DNA from: Synechocystis sp. PCC 6803 substr. PCC-P
GTDB lineage: Bacteria > Cyanobacteriota > Cyanobacteriia > Cyanobacteriales > Microcystaceae
DNA length: 32,000 bases
Assembly: GCF_000284455.1 (NCBI RefSeq)
Contig: NC_017039.1
Span: 3,360,001-3,392,000 of the forward strand
Direction: 5' to 3'
The notes beneath the pieces are model-generated. The model worked only from the letters and a program-made list of their open reading frames with translations, ran no database searches and was not told the DNA's origin. The translations under genes were made by a program, and so were the position numbers. Below are positions 10,329 through 19,369 of this stretch, piece by piece; the first letter of the stretch is position 1, and each line of letters begins with the position of its first letter.

Positions 10329-11516
10329 ATGGTCACCTTTGTCTTGGCAATTACCGCAATCTCCTGCCTGATTTGGTGCTTTCTATTGGTTGGTTGGGGA
10401 AACTTTTGGCGTTGTGATCAGGTTTTAAACTTTGATCGCCCATCAACTTTACAAGCATATCCCTCCGTAGCGGCCATTATTCCGGCTCGGGATGAGGCGA
10501 GCGTATTGGGTCAAAGTTTGCCCAGTTTGTTGGAACAGCATTATCCAGGCCCGTTAAAAATTATTTTGGTGGATGACCAAAGCAGTGATGGCACCGGGGC
10601 CGTGGCCCAACGTATTGCCAGCGGTCTAGGCCATGGCGATCGCCTGGAAGTGGTGTCGGGGCAGCCGTTACCCCCTGGATGGTCGGGAAAATTGTGGGCC
10701 GTGGAACAGGGATGGCAAACAGTACAGTTGAAAAAAAAAGGTTCAGATTCCTGGCCGGAGTACATTTTTCTCACCGATGCGGACATTGCCCATGGTCCCC
10801 AAACCATTACAGCCTTGGTGGAAAAAGCCCAACGGGACAATTTAGCCCTGGTATCCCTGATGGTGCTGTTGCGCTGTGAGAGTGTTTGGGAAAAATTGCT
10901 AATTCCAGCCTTTATTTTTTTCTTTCAAAAGCTTTATCCTTTCCCTTTAGTTAATAATCCCCAACGTCAAACGGCGGCGGCGGCGGGGGGCTGTATTCTC
11001 ATGCAACGGTCAGCCCTACAAACCATTGGCGGTATTGGAGCTCTGAAGGAAGCGTTAATTGACGACTGCACCTTAGCCCAAAAGGTAAAAGCCCAAAAAT
11101 TACCCATTTGGTTGGGGCTAACTAGGGCAAATTGGAGCTTGCGGCCCTACGACAGCCTAGAAACCATTTGGCAGATGGTCAGCCGCACTGCCTATACCCA
11201 ACTGAATTACAATCCTTTGCTGTTGCTGGGGACTTTGCTTGGCATGGCTTTGGTCTATTTGACTGCCCCCATAGCCCTAATATTGGCAATAATTTGGGGT
11301 AATGCTCCCCTGGCCCTATTGGGAGCTTTCACCTGGATGCTAATGGCGATCGCCTATGGCCCGACCCTGAAATTCTATGGGCGCTCCTGGCTTTGGGGTT
11401 TAACCCTACCGTTGATTGCCCTGTTATATAGCCTCATGACCCTGGATTCTGCTTGGCAACATTGGCGAGGCCAGGGCGGCGGTTGGAAAGGTCGGATTTA
11501 TCCCCAGGGGTCTTGA
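10329..11516 (+). CDS. Family 2 glycosyltransferase, hopene-associated HpnB-like membrane enzyme
   Basis: N-terminal TM, VAAIIPARDEASVLGQSLPSLLEQHYPGPLKIILVDDQSSDGT, PLPPGWSGKLWAVEQG, DADIAH, and C-terminal TM helices. Confidence 0.85.
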   Translation: MVTFVLAITAISCLIWCFLLVGWGNFWRCDQVLNFDRPSTLQAYPSVAAIIPARDEASVLGQSLPSLLEQHYPGPLKIILVDDQSSDGTGAVAQRIASGLGHGDRLEVVSGQPLPPGWSGKLWAVEQGWQTVQLKKKGSDSWPEYIFLTDADIAHGPQTITALVEKAQRDNLALVSLMVLLRCESVWEKLLIPAFIFFFQKLYPFPLVNNPQRQTAAAAGGCILMQRSALQTIGGIGALKEALIDDCTLAQKVKAQKLPIWLGLTRANWSLRPYDSLETIWQMVSRTAYTQLNYNPLLLLGTLLGMALVYLTAPIALILAIIWGNAPLALLGAFTWMLMAIAYGPTLKFYGRSWLWGLTLPLIALLYSLMTLDSAWQHWRGQGGGWKGRIYPQGS

Positions 11517-11545
11517 TTTTTTCGACCCCCAGGAAAACTCCCCAG

Positions 11546-12592
11546 TTATCGGGCAAGGGCACTGAGGTCCCAGATTTTTACGGTTTTGTCCTCCGCACCG
11601 CTGTAGAGGGTATTGCCGTCGGGACTAAAAGCTAGGGAAAGAACCCAGCCTTGGTGACCCCTCAGGGTAGTAACCTGTTTGCCGTTGGCTAAATCGAAGA
11701 TCATAATGGTTCCTTCTTTGTTCGCAGTAGCTACCCAGCGATTATTGGGGGAAACGGCGATGGTATTAATTTCTAAACTGGGGCCTCTGACGGAAAACAA
11801 CTCTTTGGCATCGGCTAAGTTCCAAGCTTTAACAAAATTCCGCACCGCTCCTACCAGTTTTCTGCCATCGGGGGTCACAGCTAAGCCGTTGATGAAACCT
11901 GGCTGTTGGGGAGAAGTGCCCAGTAATTCAAAGGTGTTGGCATCCCAAAATTTAATGGTGCGGTCCTGGCCGATCGCCCCGGTGATAAATTGACTGCCGT
12001 CGGGGGTGAACACAACGCTGGTAGTAGGGCCGAGGTTATCCGCTAGGGTTTGTATCAAGTTGCCCGATGCCCTTTCCCAAATGCGAATGGTGCGATCGCC
12101 ACCACTAACGCTCACAATAGTTTCTCCGTCGGGACTAAAGGCCACACCACTGACCTTATCCGTGTGGCCAACCAGGGTTTCAACCCTCATGCCATCCCGA
12201 ACCCGGCGCACATCAACATTATTGTCAGCGGCGATCGCCAACCATTGACCATCGGCACTAATGGCTAAATCAGCAAAATTATTGACGGGACTCCTTTGGC
12301 TATAAACCACTTCTTGGTTAGCTAAATCAATCAGGGTGATTTGGTTATCCGCCGTAGCCACAGCCAAATATTTACCATCAGGGGTGATGTTGAGGGCAGT
12401 GATAATGCCTTGAAAACCGCTCAGATTTTCCACTGCCACCGACGGACTGGCCGTAGTTTGAGCAACTGTGTATGGGTTAGGGGTGCTGGCATTAGCGTGG
12501 GCATTCTCGCCTGGATAAACTAGGCAAGCAACGGTCAAAAAAAATGTAGCAGGGGCAGAAAATTGTTTCAATCGAGGGAAATAGTTGTTCAT
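11546..12592 (-). CDS. Exported WD40-repeat protein
   Basis: Signal-peptide-like N-terminus (FSAPATFFLTVACLVYPGENAHA) and multiple WD repeats (GHTDKVSGVAFSPDGETIVSVSGGDRTIRIW; GHQGWVLSLAFSPDGNTLYSGAEDKTVKIWDL). Confidence 0.92.
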   Translation of the reverse strand: MNNYFPRLKQFSAPATFFLTVACLVYPGENAHANASTPNPYTVAQTTASPSVAVENLSGFQGIITALNITPDGKYLAVATADNQITLIDLANQEVVYSQRSPVNNFADLAISADGQWLAIAADNNVDVRRVRDGMRVETLVGHTDKVSGVAFSPDGETIVSVSGGDRTIRIWERASGNLIQTLADNLGPTTSVVFTPDGSQFITGAIGQDRTIKFWDANTFELLGTSPQQPGFINGLAVTPDGRKLVGAVRNFVKAWNLADAKELFSVRGPSLEINTIAVSPNNRWVATANKEGTIMIFDLANGKQVTTLRGHQGWVLSLAFSPDGNTLYSGAEDKTVKIWDLSALAR

Positions 12593-12622
12593 CTTAAAAA
12601 ATAGTTAAGTTACTAAAACGTT

Positions 12623-12645
12623 CGCTTACTTGATTATAATAAGCG
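12623..12645. promoter_or_regulatory. Candidate operator: inverted repeat CGCTTA-N11-TAAGCG upstream of the WD40 gene
   Basis: Perfect 6-bp inverted arms with an A/T-rich centre, 30 bp upstream of the 12592 start codon. Confidence 0.35.
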
Positions 12646-12887
12646 TTACTTAAAGTCTTTTTATAAGGTTTTAGTCCATCTTCTCAACCGACCCCCTAAA
12701 AATCTGTTGATAATAAATAATTTTTGCTAATCCTCCTTTTTGATGGGACGGATAGGAACAATTGATTATCACTTCTAGACTCTTCCAACACATTCTCAGG
12801 CAATTTATCTTGGGAGTACTATTTTAAAAAATATCAATAAATCATATACATTTGGCAACATTAGCCCTAACTTAACCTAGAATGTGT

Positions 12888-13006
12888 TTACAAAGTTTTA
12901 TTTTGATCCCCAAATCTCCTGACTAAGGCTTCGGCAATGCTAGGAAACTTTCACTCAGTTTTTCTCCAAATTTGGGGAGTCAGGGGGGCTTGCAAAACAG
13001 GCTCTT
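12888..13006 (-). repeat. Copy A of a dispersed intergenic element
   Basis: The reverse complement AAGAGCCTGTTTTGCAAGCCCCCCTGACTCCCCAAATTTGGAGAAAAACTGAGTGAAAGT...ATTGCCG...AGATTTGGGGATCAAAATAAAACTTTGTAA aligns with copies at 15416 and 26337. Confidence 0.75.
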
Positions 13007-13117
13007 AATTAGCGGACTGATCAATTATTTGTCATTGGTTAATCAAGTGGTTTATATTTAATTGATTTATTCAGACCGGTTCAATATCTTTTGATCTATT
13101 TTTGACTATTAAAATAT

Positions 13118-15415
13118 ATGAAACTTTTTCATTGGCTACTTTATTTCACCACGTTCAGTTTACCAGGAATAATTCCCTGCCCTGTTTTAGCCAATGAAGT
13201 TCTCAATTTTACTAACTTTACCCCTACCACGGCAGAATTAAATGATGACTTCCCATTGGAAAAGACAATCAGATTAGAGCCATTTATAGTAGAAAATATT
13301 GCCGATTTAAGAGCCGCTGAATCAAATCAAGAGCCATGGCAAACTTCCGTAGATTATTCCCATAGCTTGACCTCCAGCACCCTAACCACGGAGGATTTAA
13401 GGGGCCAGTCAACACAGTTGGTACAGCTTACAAGCCAAGCATTAACTGAGCCAACAAAAGAAGGAGAACAAGATTTTTTGCCAGCCATAACTCCAGAAAA
13501 AAGTTCCTATCCGGAGAGTATTACCCAACAGTCGACCAACACAGAAAATAGTGAACAGCTTAGCCCCAACCCAATAGCTGACACTGCCCAAAATGACGGT
13601 TGGCAAATTTTTATTACCCCCGGTGCCATCCTACCCATTAATGCCTATGGGTCAGCCAGAATTAGGAGAGTTCAGGGTGATTATCACCTTACCACTGCGG
13701 ACATACTGGAAAAATTAACAGTTTATGCTGGGGGAAGAGTCGAAGCTTGGCACGGTAACTGGGGCATTATTTTGGATGGATTTTATTATAATTTGCAGGG
13801 AGCTACCACCAATCAACGGGACAATTTTACTGGCTTAGCATCTTTTAGTCCAATTAATTATTTACTCAACACAGATATCAATAATCGTTTGAATGGAATT
13901 AGTGACATTCTTGTCGACCAGTCTGATATTTTACAGCAAAAGAAAAGTGATATTAACCAAAGTCTAGACCAAATTCAATCTGAGTTTGAACTGGTGCGCA
14001 ATGCAGCTCCCGATCGCCAGGAGTTAATGGCGGCGATCGCCTCAGCTTCGGCCAAAATTGAAGCATTGCAAGCCTTGGGTAATGCCATTGACCGGGAAGC
14101 TATTGGGGCTTGGGCGGAACAAATTAACGAACTGAAAAAGATGGTGGAGGAGGGCAACCTTGGGGAACGGGAAATCGAACAAAAATTAGCCCAACTCCAG
14201 ACCGTCCTAGCTGCTGCCCAGGGTTTTCGGGACAATGCCATTGGTTCTATTGATCGTCTGGAGGACCGAGTGCAACAACGGGTGACGGAAATTCAAACCT
14301 TTGCTGCCCAGTTGCAAAACCTGAGGGAAGAAACTAGAGAATTGCTGGCCACATTGCCCCTCGAAGAAATTGACCGTCGGGATTTGGCCAAAATTGCCCT
14401 GGGGGGCCTAGATAAAATAAAGGAAATTGAGGGCGATCGGGACCGTTCCACTTTGGAAAATATCATCGACCGGATGGAAACTGCCCAGGATAAGTTGGAG
14501 GCAGTGCGTGCCTTACAGACGGAAATTCAAACGCGCATTGCTAATCTTCGTTCCAGGGAAGATCTAGGGGCATTGCAGAAAAAATTGGCGGAAACTAGGG
14601 AAAAAGTGGGACAAGTGCGGGAGGCGATCGCCAATCTAGAGAAAATTAAGGATTCCCATCTAGGGGAAATTATTCAAATCCTCCAAGACAGTAATGCCAA
14701 GGAAAACTTGATTCAATTGCAAGAAGCACTGGCCAAGTTGCAATCGCTCAAAAATAATGCAAATTTTGCCGATGCCTTACAAGATTTAGCCAAACTAGAC
14801 CAAATTTTGGCCAATGAAGAGCAAGTAATTGCCGCCATTCGGACTGAACTTTACGGGGCAGGGCAACGGGATTTAACCATTGATACCAACACCGAGCTAT
14901 CCGTCAGCGAAACTACCGTTGATCTAGCCATTAGCTACCATTTTGGCGACGCCCGTCCTGTTTACGGTTCAGGAAGCCAGAGCAGAAGTTATCCCCAGTG
15001 GTGGTTTGAACCCTACATCGGAGCCAGGTTGATCAATCTCAGCTTTGCCCTGGACCAGACCACTAACTACCGCTATAACAGCTCCCTAGTTTCCCTGGCG
15101 GGACAATTCCAAATTAATGAAACCGCTAGCCGCACTTGGATTAATCCCTTAGTGGGGGGAAAATTGGGGGTGCAGTTGACGGATACTTTGGCCCTTTGGC
15201 TCCGGGGGGATGTGTCCGGCTTTGACCTATCGGGGGAGGCGGATTGGAATTGGAACGCCATTTTAGGACTAGATTACTATGTAAGAGAAAATGTGGCCAT
15301 CCAGCTAGGTTACAAATTTTATAGTTTGAAGTATGGACAGGGCAGTGGCGACGATGGTTTTGATTTTTCCCTGAATTTGAATGGCCTCTATTTGGGTTTG
15401 ACCCTAAGGCTTTAG
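13118..15415 (+). CDS. Predicted outer-membrane beta-barrel protein with a long internal coiled coil
   Basis: Signal peptide (LFHWLLYFTTFSLPGIIPCPVLA), amphipathic beta segments (WQIFITPGAILPINAYG...GGRVEAWHGNWGIILDGFYYNLQG), about 330 aa of helical heptad-like sequence, then beta-strand-rich C-terminus ending GLYLGLTLRL. Confidence 0.8.
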   Translation: MKLFHWLLYFTTFSLPGIIPCPVLANEVLNFTNFTPTTAELNDDFPLEKTIRLEPFIVENIADLRAAESNQEPWQTSVDYSHSLTSSTLTTEDLRGQSTQLVQLTSQALTEPTKEGEQDFLPAITPEKSSYPESITQQSTNTENSEQLSPNPIADTAQNDGWQIFITPGAILPINAYGSARIRRVQGDYHLTTADILEKLTVYAGGRVEAWHGNWGIILDGFYYNLQGATTNQRDNFTGLASFSPINYLLNTDINNRLNGISDILVDQSDILQQKKSDINQSLDQIQSEFELVRNAAPDRQELMAAIASASAKIEALQALGNAIDREAIGAWAEQINELKKMVEEGNLGEREIEQKLAQLQTVLAAAQGFRDNAIGSIDRLEDRVQQRVTEIQTFAAQLQNLREETRELLATLPLEEIDRRDLAKIALGGLDKIKEIEGDRDRSTLENIIDRMETAQDKLEAVRALQTEIQTRIANLRSREDLGALQKKLAETREKVGQVREAIANLEKIKDSHLGEIIQILQDSNAKENLIQLQEALAKLQSLKNNANFADALQDLAKLDQILANEEQVIAAIRTELYGAGQRDLTIDTNTELSVSETTVDLAISYHFGDARPVYGSGSQSRSYPQWWFEPYIGARLINLSFALDQTTNYRYNSSLVSLAGQFQINETASRTWINPLVGGKLGVQLTDTLALWLRGDVSGFDLSGEADWNWNAILGLDYYVRENVAIQLGYKFYSLKYGQGSGDDGFDFSLNLNGLYLGLTLRL

Positions 15416-15526
15416 GCTGTTTGCAAGACCCCGCGGCCCCCCGAATTTGGGGGAAAACTGAGTGAAAGTCCTCCATTATTGCCGGAGCTTTAGTGGGTCG
15501 ATTTAGAGGGCGGAATGAAACTTTCC
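15416..15526 (+). repeat. Copy B of the dispersed intergenic element
   Basis: GCTGTTTGCAAGACCCC..CCCCCCGAATTTGGGGGAAAACTGAGTGAAAGTCCTCCATTATTGCCGG...TCGATTTAGAGGGCGGAATGAAACTTTCCAA; begins directly after the stop codon at 15413-15415. Confidence 0.75.
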
Positions 15527-15695
15527 AATCTGAGTCTGTTAACTTTCACCAAGGAATTTATTTTAAAAACTTTAAAAACAGAGTCTTCTAACCGACAAAA
15601 ATCCCCTTCAGTCTCCCTATAACTCCATAACCCCGGATTATGGTGACTGGTACCATGGCAGGGTTGAACGCAAAACATCTCAATTTATCAAACCA

Positions 15696-16106
15696 ATGAA
15701 ACCTGAATTTGCCACTGTCCAGGCCTGGGAACAGGCAGATTGCCTGATGCAACCAGCTCTGATTCGCACCATTGACCATCTGCGACAAGGTTTGGAAAGT
15801 TGTCCCTGGCGCAGTCGCTACGAGGAGGTGCAGGAACCCATCCCAGGCCATCGGTTAATTCTGGAAAATGAGGGGCAAACCTACGGAGTTAACATTTGGG
15901 ATTTATGCTTTCAAGTCTGCTTTGCCAATTATCAAGCCCAGCCCTTTGGGGATAACTTGCCGGAGAATAATCAGGCTTTGGCAGTGGAAATAGACCAGGA
16001 CTTATTTAACGACCAAGGGGAAGTGGATTGGACGAAATTAGACCATAAAGCTCGCCATTGCGTGGAAGTATTTTTAGCCGCCCTGCCCACCGTTGGCCAT
16101 AGTTGA
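15696..16106 (+). CDS. Conserved hypothetical protein
   Basis: 136 aa ORF with non-repetitive globular composition, not overlapped by a better candidate except at its extreme 3' end (convergent with larB). Confidence 0.65.
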   Translation: MKPEFATVQAWEQADCLMQPALIRTIDHLRQGLESCPWRSRYEEVQEPIPGHRLILENEGQTYGVNIWDLCFQVCFANYQAQPFGDNLPENNQALAVEIDQDLFNDQGEVDWTKLDHKARHCVEVFLAALPTVGHS

Positions 16107-16913
16107 TTTTGATTGCAGGCGATCAACCGTGCGGAGAATTTGTCCTGCCAACATGGCCGCTCCAAAGCCGTTGTCAATATTGACTACCCCCACCCCCACT
16201 GCACAGGAATTGAGCATGGTTAACAGGGGAGCCACGCCGCCGAAACTGGTGCCATAACCGACGCTGGTGGGTACGCCAATCACAGGACAGTCCACTAATC
16301 CCGCCACCACACTGGGCAAAGCCCCTTCCATACCGGCCACCACAATCAACACATCCATGGCTTGGATTAATTCTCGATGGCTCAACAGTCGGTGAATGCC
16401 GGCAACTCCCACGTCCCAGAGTTTCTCCACTTTGAACCCGCAGAGGCTGGCAGTGATGGCCGCTTCCTCCGCCACGGGTAAATCCGCTGTACCTGCACTG
16501 AGAACGCCAATGGTACCGGAATATTTAATTTGTAAAGGGGTTTGCACCAGGGCACAAATGCGAGCTTGGGGATAGTACTGCAATAGAGGAATGCGATCGC
16601 CAAGGAGATCCGCCACCTCCGGCTCCACCCTGGTCACTAGCACCACCGGATTATGCACTGCTAAGACCTGGATAATCTGCTCAATTTGTTCTGGGGTTTT
16701 GCCTGGGCCCCACACAACTTCTGGAAAACCCGTCCGCAGTTGCCGCTGATGATCCACTTTGGCAAAATCATCGATCGCCTGGAAACTGAGGTGTTTAAGC
16801 TGCTCAAAACCCTCTTGGCTACTGATGTGGCCACTGGCGATCGCCGTGAGCAATTGTTGGAGGGAATCTGGGGTCATCGGTGCAGAAAACTGAAAAACAG
16901 GGCCACTGACCAT
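16074..16913 (-). CDS. larB: LarB / circadian phase modifier CpmA-like (AIR carboxylase-like domain)
   Basis: FPEVVWGPGKTPEQI, VLSAGTADLPVAEEAA, VAGMEGALPSVVAGLVDCPVIGVPTSVGYG and GVGVVNIDNGFGAAMLA are LarB/PurE-like motifs. The start may be the internal ATG of MTPDSLQQ. Confidence 0.92.
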   Translation of the reverse strand: MVSGPVFQFSAPMTPDSLQQLLTAIASGHISSQEGFEQLKHLSFQAIDDFAKVDHQRQLRTGFPEVVWGPGKTPEQIEQIIQVLAVHNPVVLVTRVEPEVADLLGDRIPLLQYYPQARICALVQTPLQIKYSGTIGVLSAGTADLPVAEEAAITASLCGFKVEKLWDVGVAGIHRLLSHRELIQAMDVLIVVAGMEGALPSVVAGLVDCPVIGVPTSVGYGTSFGGVAPLLTMLNSCAVGVGVVNIDNGFGAAMLAGQILRTVDRLQSKSTMANGGQGG

Positions 16914-16928
16914 TCTGGACTATTTGGG

Positions 16929-17594
16929 CTAGGTTGCCCCGCCGTACATGGCCTGTAGTACCAGAGCCGGATCTACTAAAACTCCGTTATGGCGCAGTTC
17001 CCAATGGAGATGGGGCCCTGTGGTTCTTCCCGTCATGCCCACCCGACCAATGCGCATCCCCGCCACCACCTGTTGTCCCTGTTGGAGCACAATGCCCCCC
17101 TGGCGATCGACCAAATACCGTTGCCCCTGATGCACTTCCACCCCGCCCATTAAATGACAGTAAGTGTGCTGCCAAGGGCCGGACTGAATGCGAACCATGG
17201 TGCCGCAACCGGTATGGTCGGACATTTCCACCACTGTGCCATGCCACCAATTGCGTATGTAACTGCCCAGGGGCGCAGCCAAATCCAAGCCATTGTGGAA
17301 AGTGCTAGCCCCAGCGGTGGGGGCTCGGCGGGGACCAAACCCAGAAGTATATTGCTGGAAATTTTCCACCGGGAAAGAAGCATACTGCCAAGGGTTGGTG
17401 GAACTGGTAGCCACTGGAGCATATTGAGCAGCAACCTGGTTATTGGAGGCCAAAGCAATGGTCAAGGTGCTACTGGCCATAACCAGAGCGAGGAGAGATA
17501 TTAACGACCATAGTCGGCATTTTCTGACCCTGGGCCTGGATAAATTTCTACTTAACCAATGCTTTTGACGACAAGTTCGCCAGAAAGAGTTCAT
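16929..17594 (-). CDS. M23-family peptidase (LytM domain), membrane-anchored or exported
   Basis: N-terminal hydrophobic segment (SLISLLALVMASSTLTIALA); ASTFHNGLDLAAPLGS, HTYCHL and GRTTGPHLHWELRHNG give the HxxxD...HxH zinc-ligand pattern. Confidence 0.92.
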   Translation of the reverse strand: MNSFWRTCRQKHWLSRNLSRPRVRKCRLWSLISLLALVMASSTLTIALASNNQVAAQYAPVATSSTNPWQYASFPVENFQQYTSGFGPRRAPTAGASTFHNGLDLAAPLGSYIRNWWHGTVVEMSDHTGCGTMVRIQSGPWQHTYCHLMGGVEVHQGQRYLVDRQGGIVLQQGQQVVAGMRIGRVGMTGRTTGPHLHWELRHNGVLVDPALVLQAMYGGAT

Positions 17595-17956
17595 AGCACA
17601 ATCCTCACACGTTTCACACTGCTCCCTAGTGTATGCCTAGAATTGTTCCCTGGCGAAGGTCAACTTATTTATCTCTGGAGGCATACCTGGGTGTGGGTAA
17701 AAAGCACGAAAATGCCCATTAATGCCCCTGTCGTCCGTAATGAGGAAAGATCTAGCAAAAGTCTTCTGGATGGAAAGAGGATTGCAAAAAGATTCTTCTC
17801 TAGAAAATCTTACTTTTCCAGTATTCTCCTAGACCATTAACTTTAGGCTTTAAGACCAGTTAAATTGGGCTTGGTTTGGTATAGATTGAGGTTAACTAGT
17901 TAAAAATACAGTCTATCTTGCTCCGTTGTTGTTGTTCTTCCGCCCCCCGCTGAGCC

Positions 17957-18616
17957 GTGCTCTACAAAATTCGCCACTATCCCAACTCGGTGTTGGCCGT
18001 TACGCTCAAACCCAAGGAACGGCTCTACATTAACCCCGGTTCCCTAATTAGCATGGATGGGGGATTGGTCGTTAGTCGGGTTTGTGGTGGAGGCTGGCTC
18101 CGGGCCTTGGCTCGGTTTTTATTGGGTAAAGAAAACTTAATGGTTAATGCCATCCATAATCCCAGCGATCAACCGTTAAGTTTTACCCTAGGCAAAGCCT
18201 TACCAGGAAATTTGACCAGGCTAGACTTACCCAAAAATGGCATAGTCATCAATCCAGGAGTACATGTTGCCCATACCAGCGGCGTCAATATGGGGGTGTA
18301 TTGGCTCGGTCTATCCAGTTGGTGGGGGGGGCAGGGTTTATTCGGTTTGAAACTCCAAGGTAAAGGCCGCGTCTTCCTTGGTAGCTACGGCACCCTTAAC
18401 CAGTTGTCCTGCCCCCAGAGTTTTGTGGTGGAGCACTCTCATTTAGTAGCGTTTCAGCCCAAGCTCAAGCTCAAAGTTAATTTTCCCCGGGGTATTGTTG
18501 GTGATCTCCAGTCCGGTCGGGGGCTGAGTTCCCTTCTAAAGGGCTCCGGCAACCTCTATTGGCAATCCCGTAGCTTGAGCAGTTTAGGCCGTTTTATCCG
18601 GCTCCGACTGCGCTGA
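17957..18616 (+). CDS. AIM24-family protein (paralogue 1 of 3)
   Basis: LKPKERLYINPGSLISMDGGLVV...LARFLLGKENLMVNAIHNPSDQPLSFTLGKALPGNLTRLDL...FVVEHSHLVAFQPKLKLKV; begins at GTG 17957. Confidence 0.8.
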   Translation: MLYKIRHYPNSVLAVTLKPKERLYINPGSLISMDGGLVVSRVCGGGWLRALARFLLGKENLMVNAIHNPSDQPLSFTLGKALPGNLTRLDLPKNGIVINPGVHVAHTSGVNMGVYWLGLSSWWGGQGLFGLKLQGKGRVFLGSYGTLNQLSCPQSFVVEHSHLVAFQPKLKLKVNFPRGIVGDLQSGRGLSSLLKGSGNLYWQSRSLSSLGRFIRLRLR

Positions 18617-18635
18617 TTTTTTCTTTGCCCGCCCT

Positions 18636-19316
18636 ATGAACATTAAACTTCTCAATTCCCCCCAAACGGCGATCGCCAGGGTACTTCTGGAGGCCAATGA
18701 AGAATTAGCAGCCCAGCATGGTTCTTTAATTGCCATGAGTCCCGACATTACGGTGCAAAGTTCCGTGCGGCGCACTAGCGATGGAGCAGGGAAACAGAGT
18801 AGCCGGGGCAATCAAGTTAAAACCATGTTTTTAAACAATTATCGAACCGGGGAAAATGGCGGTGAAATTTACCTGGCCCCTCCCCTAGTGGGAAACCTGG
18901 GGCACTATCAACTGGGCGGGAGGAAATTAATTGTCCGCCAAAGCTCCTACCTAGCATCCGATGGCAAGGTGGACATTTTCATGGGCTACAAATCCGCCGC
19001 CAAGAAAGAACCCTATTCCTGGCTGAGTTTGGTGGGCGTTGGAGATGTGTTAATCAGCTCCTTTGGGGCCATGTATTCCCTGGAAGTGAATGGCAAACAA
19101 ATTGTCAACTCCGACCATGTGGTGGCCTTTGATAACAGCCTCAAAGTTAAGCCGTATCAAGAGTTGCGTCCCTGGCCCAAACGTCTGGTGCCCAACCAAG
19201 AAATCCTCTATGAATTCAGTGGCACAGGTACAATTTTTTGCCAAACCCATGGTCCTCGGAATTTTGCTCGGGAAGTGGGTCGCCAACTCAAACCGGAAAA
19301 CTTCAAACTGCGCTAA
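18636..19316 (+). CDS. AIM24-family protein (paralogue 2 of 3)
   Basis: RVLLEANEELAAQHGSLIAMSPDITVQSSV...GGEIYLAPPLVGNLGHYQLGG...FGAMYSLEVNGKQIVNSDHVVAFDNSLKVKP. Confidence 0.82.
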   Translation: MNIKLLNSPQTAIARVLLEANEELAAQHGSLIAMSPDITVQSSVRRTSDGAGKQSSRGNQVKTMFLNNYRTGENGGEIYLAPPLVGNLGHYQLGGRKLIVRQSSYLASDGKVDIFMGYKSAAKKEPYSWLSLVGVGDVLISSFGAMYSLEVNGKQIVNSDHVVAFDNSLKVKPYQELRPWPKRLVPNQEILYEFSGTGTIFCQTHGPRNFAREVGRQLKPENFKLR

Positions 19317-19369
19317 ATCATAAACCGAAACCACTAATATCATTGCCCTGTAACTGAAATCTGCCCGCC

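Noticed and set aside
12661-13117. Possible transposase remnant or toxin-antitoxin gene in the gap before the barrel gene
   Set aside because: No ORF of meaningful length or motif is present. The recognisable content is the dispersed repeat copy A.
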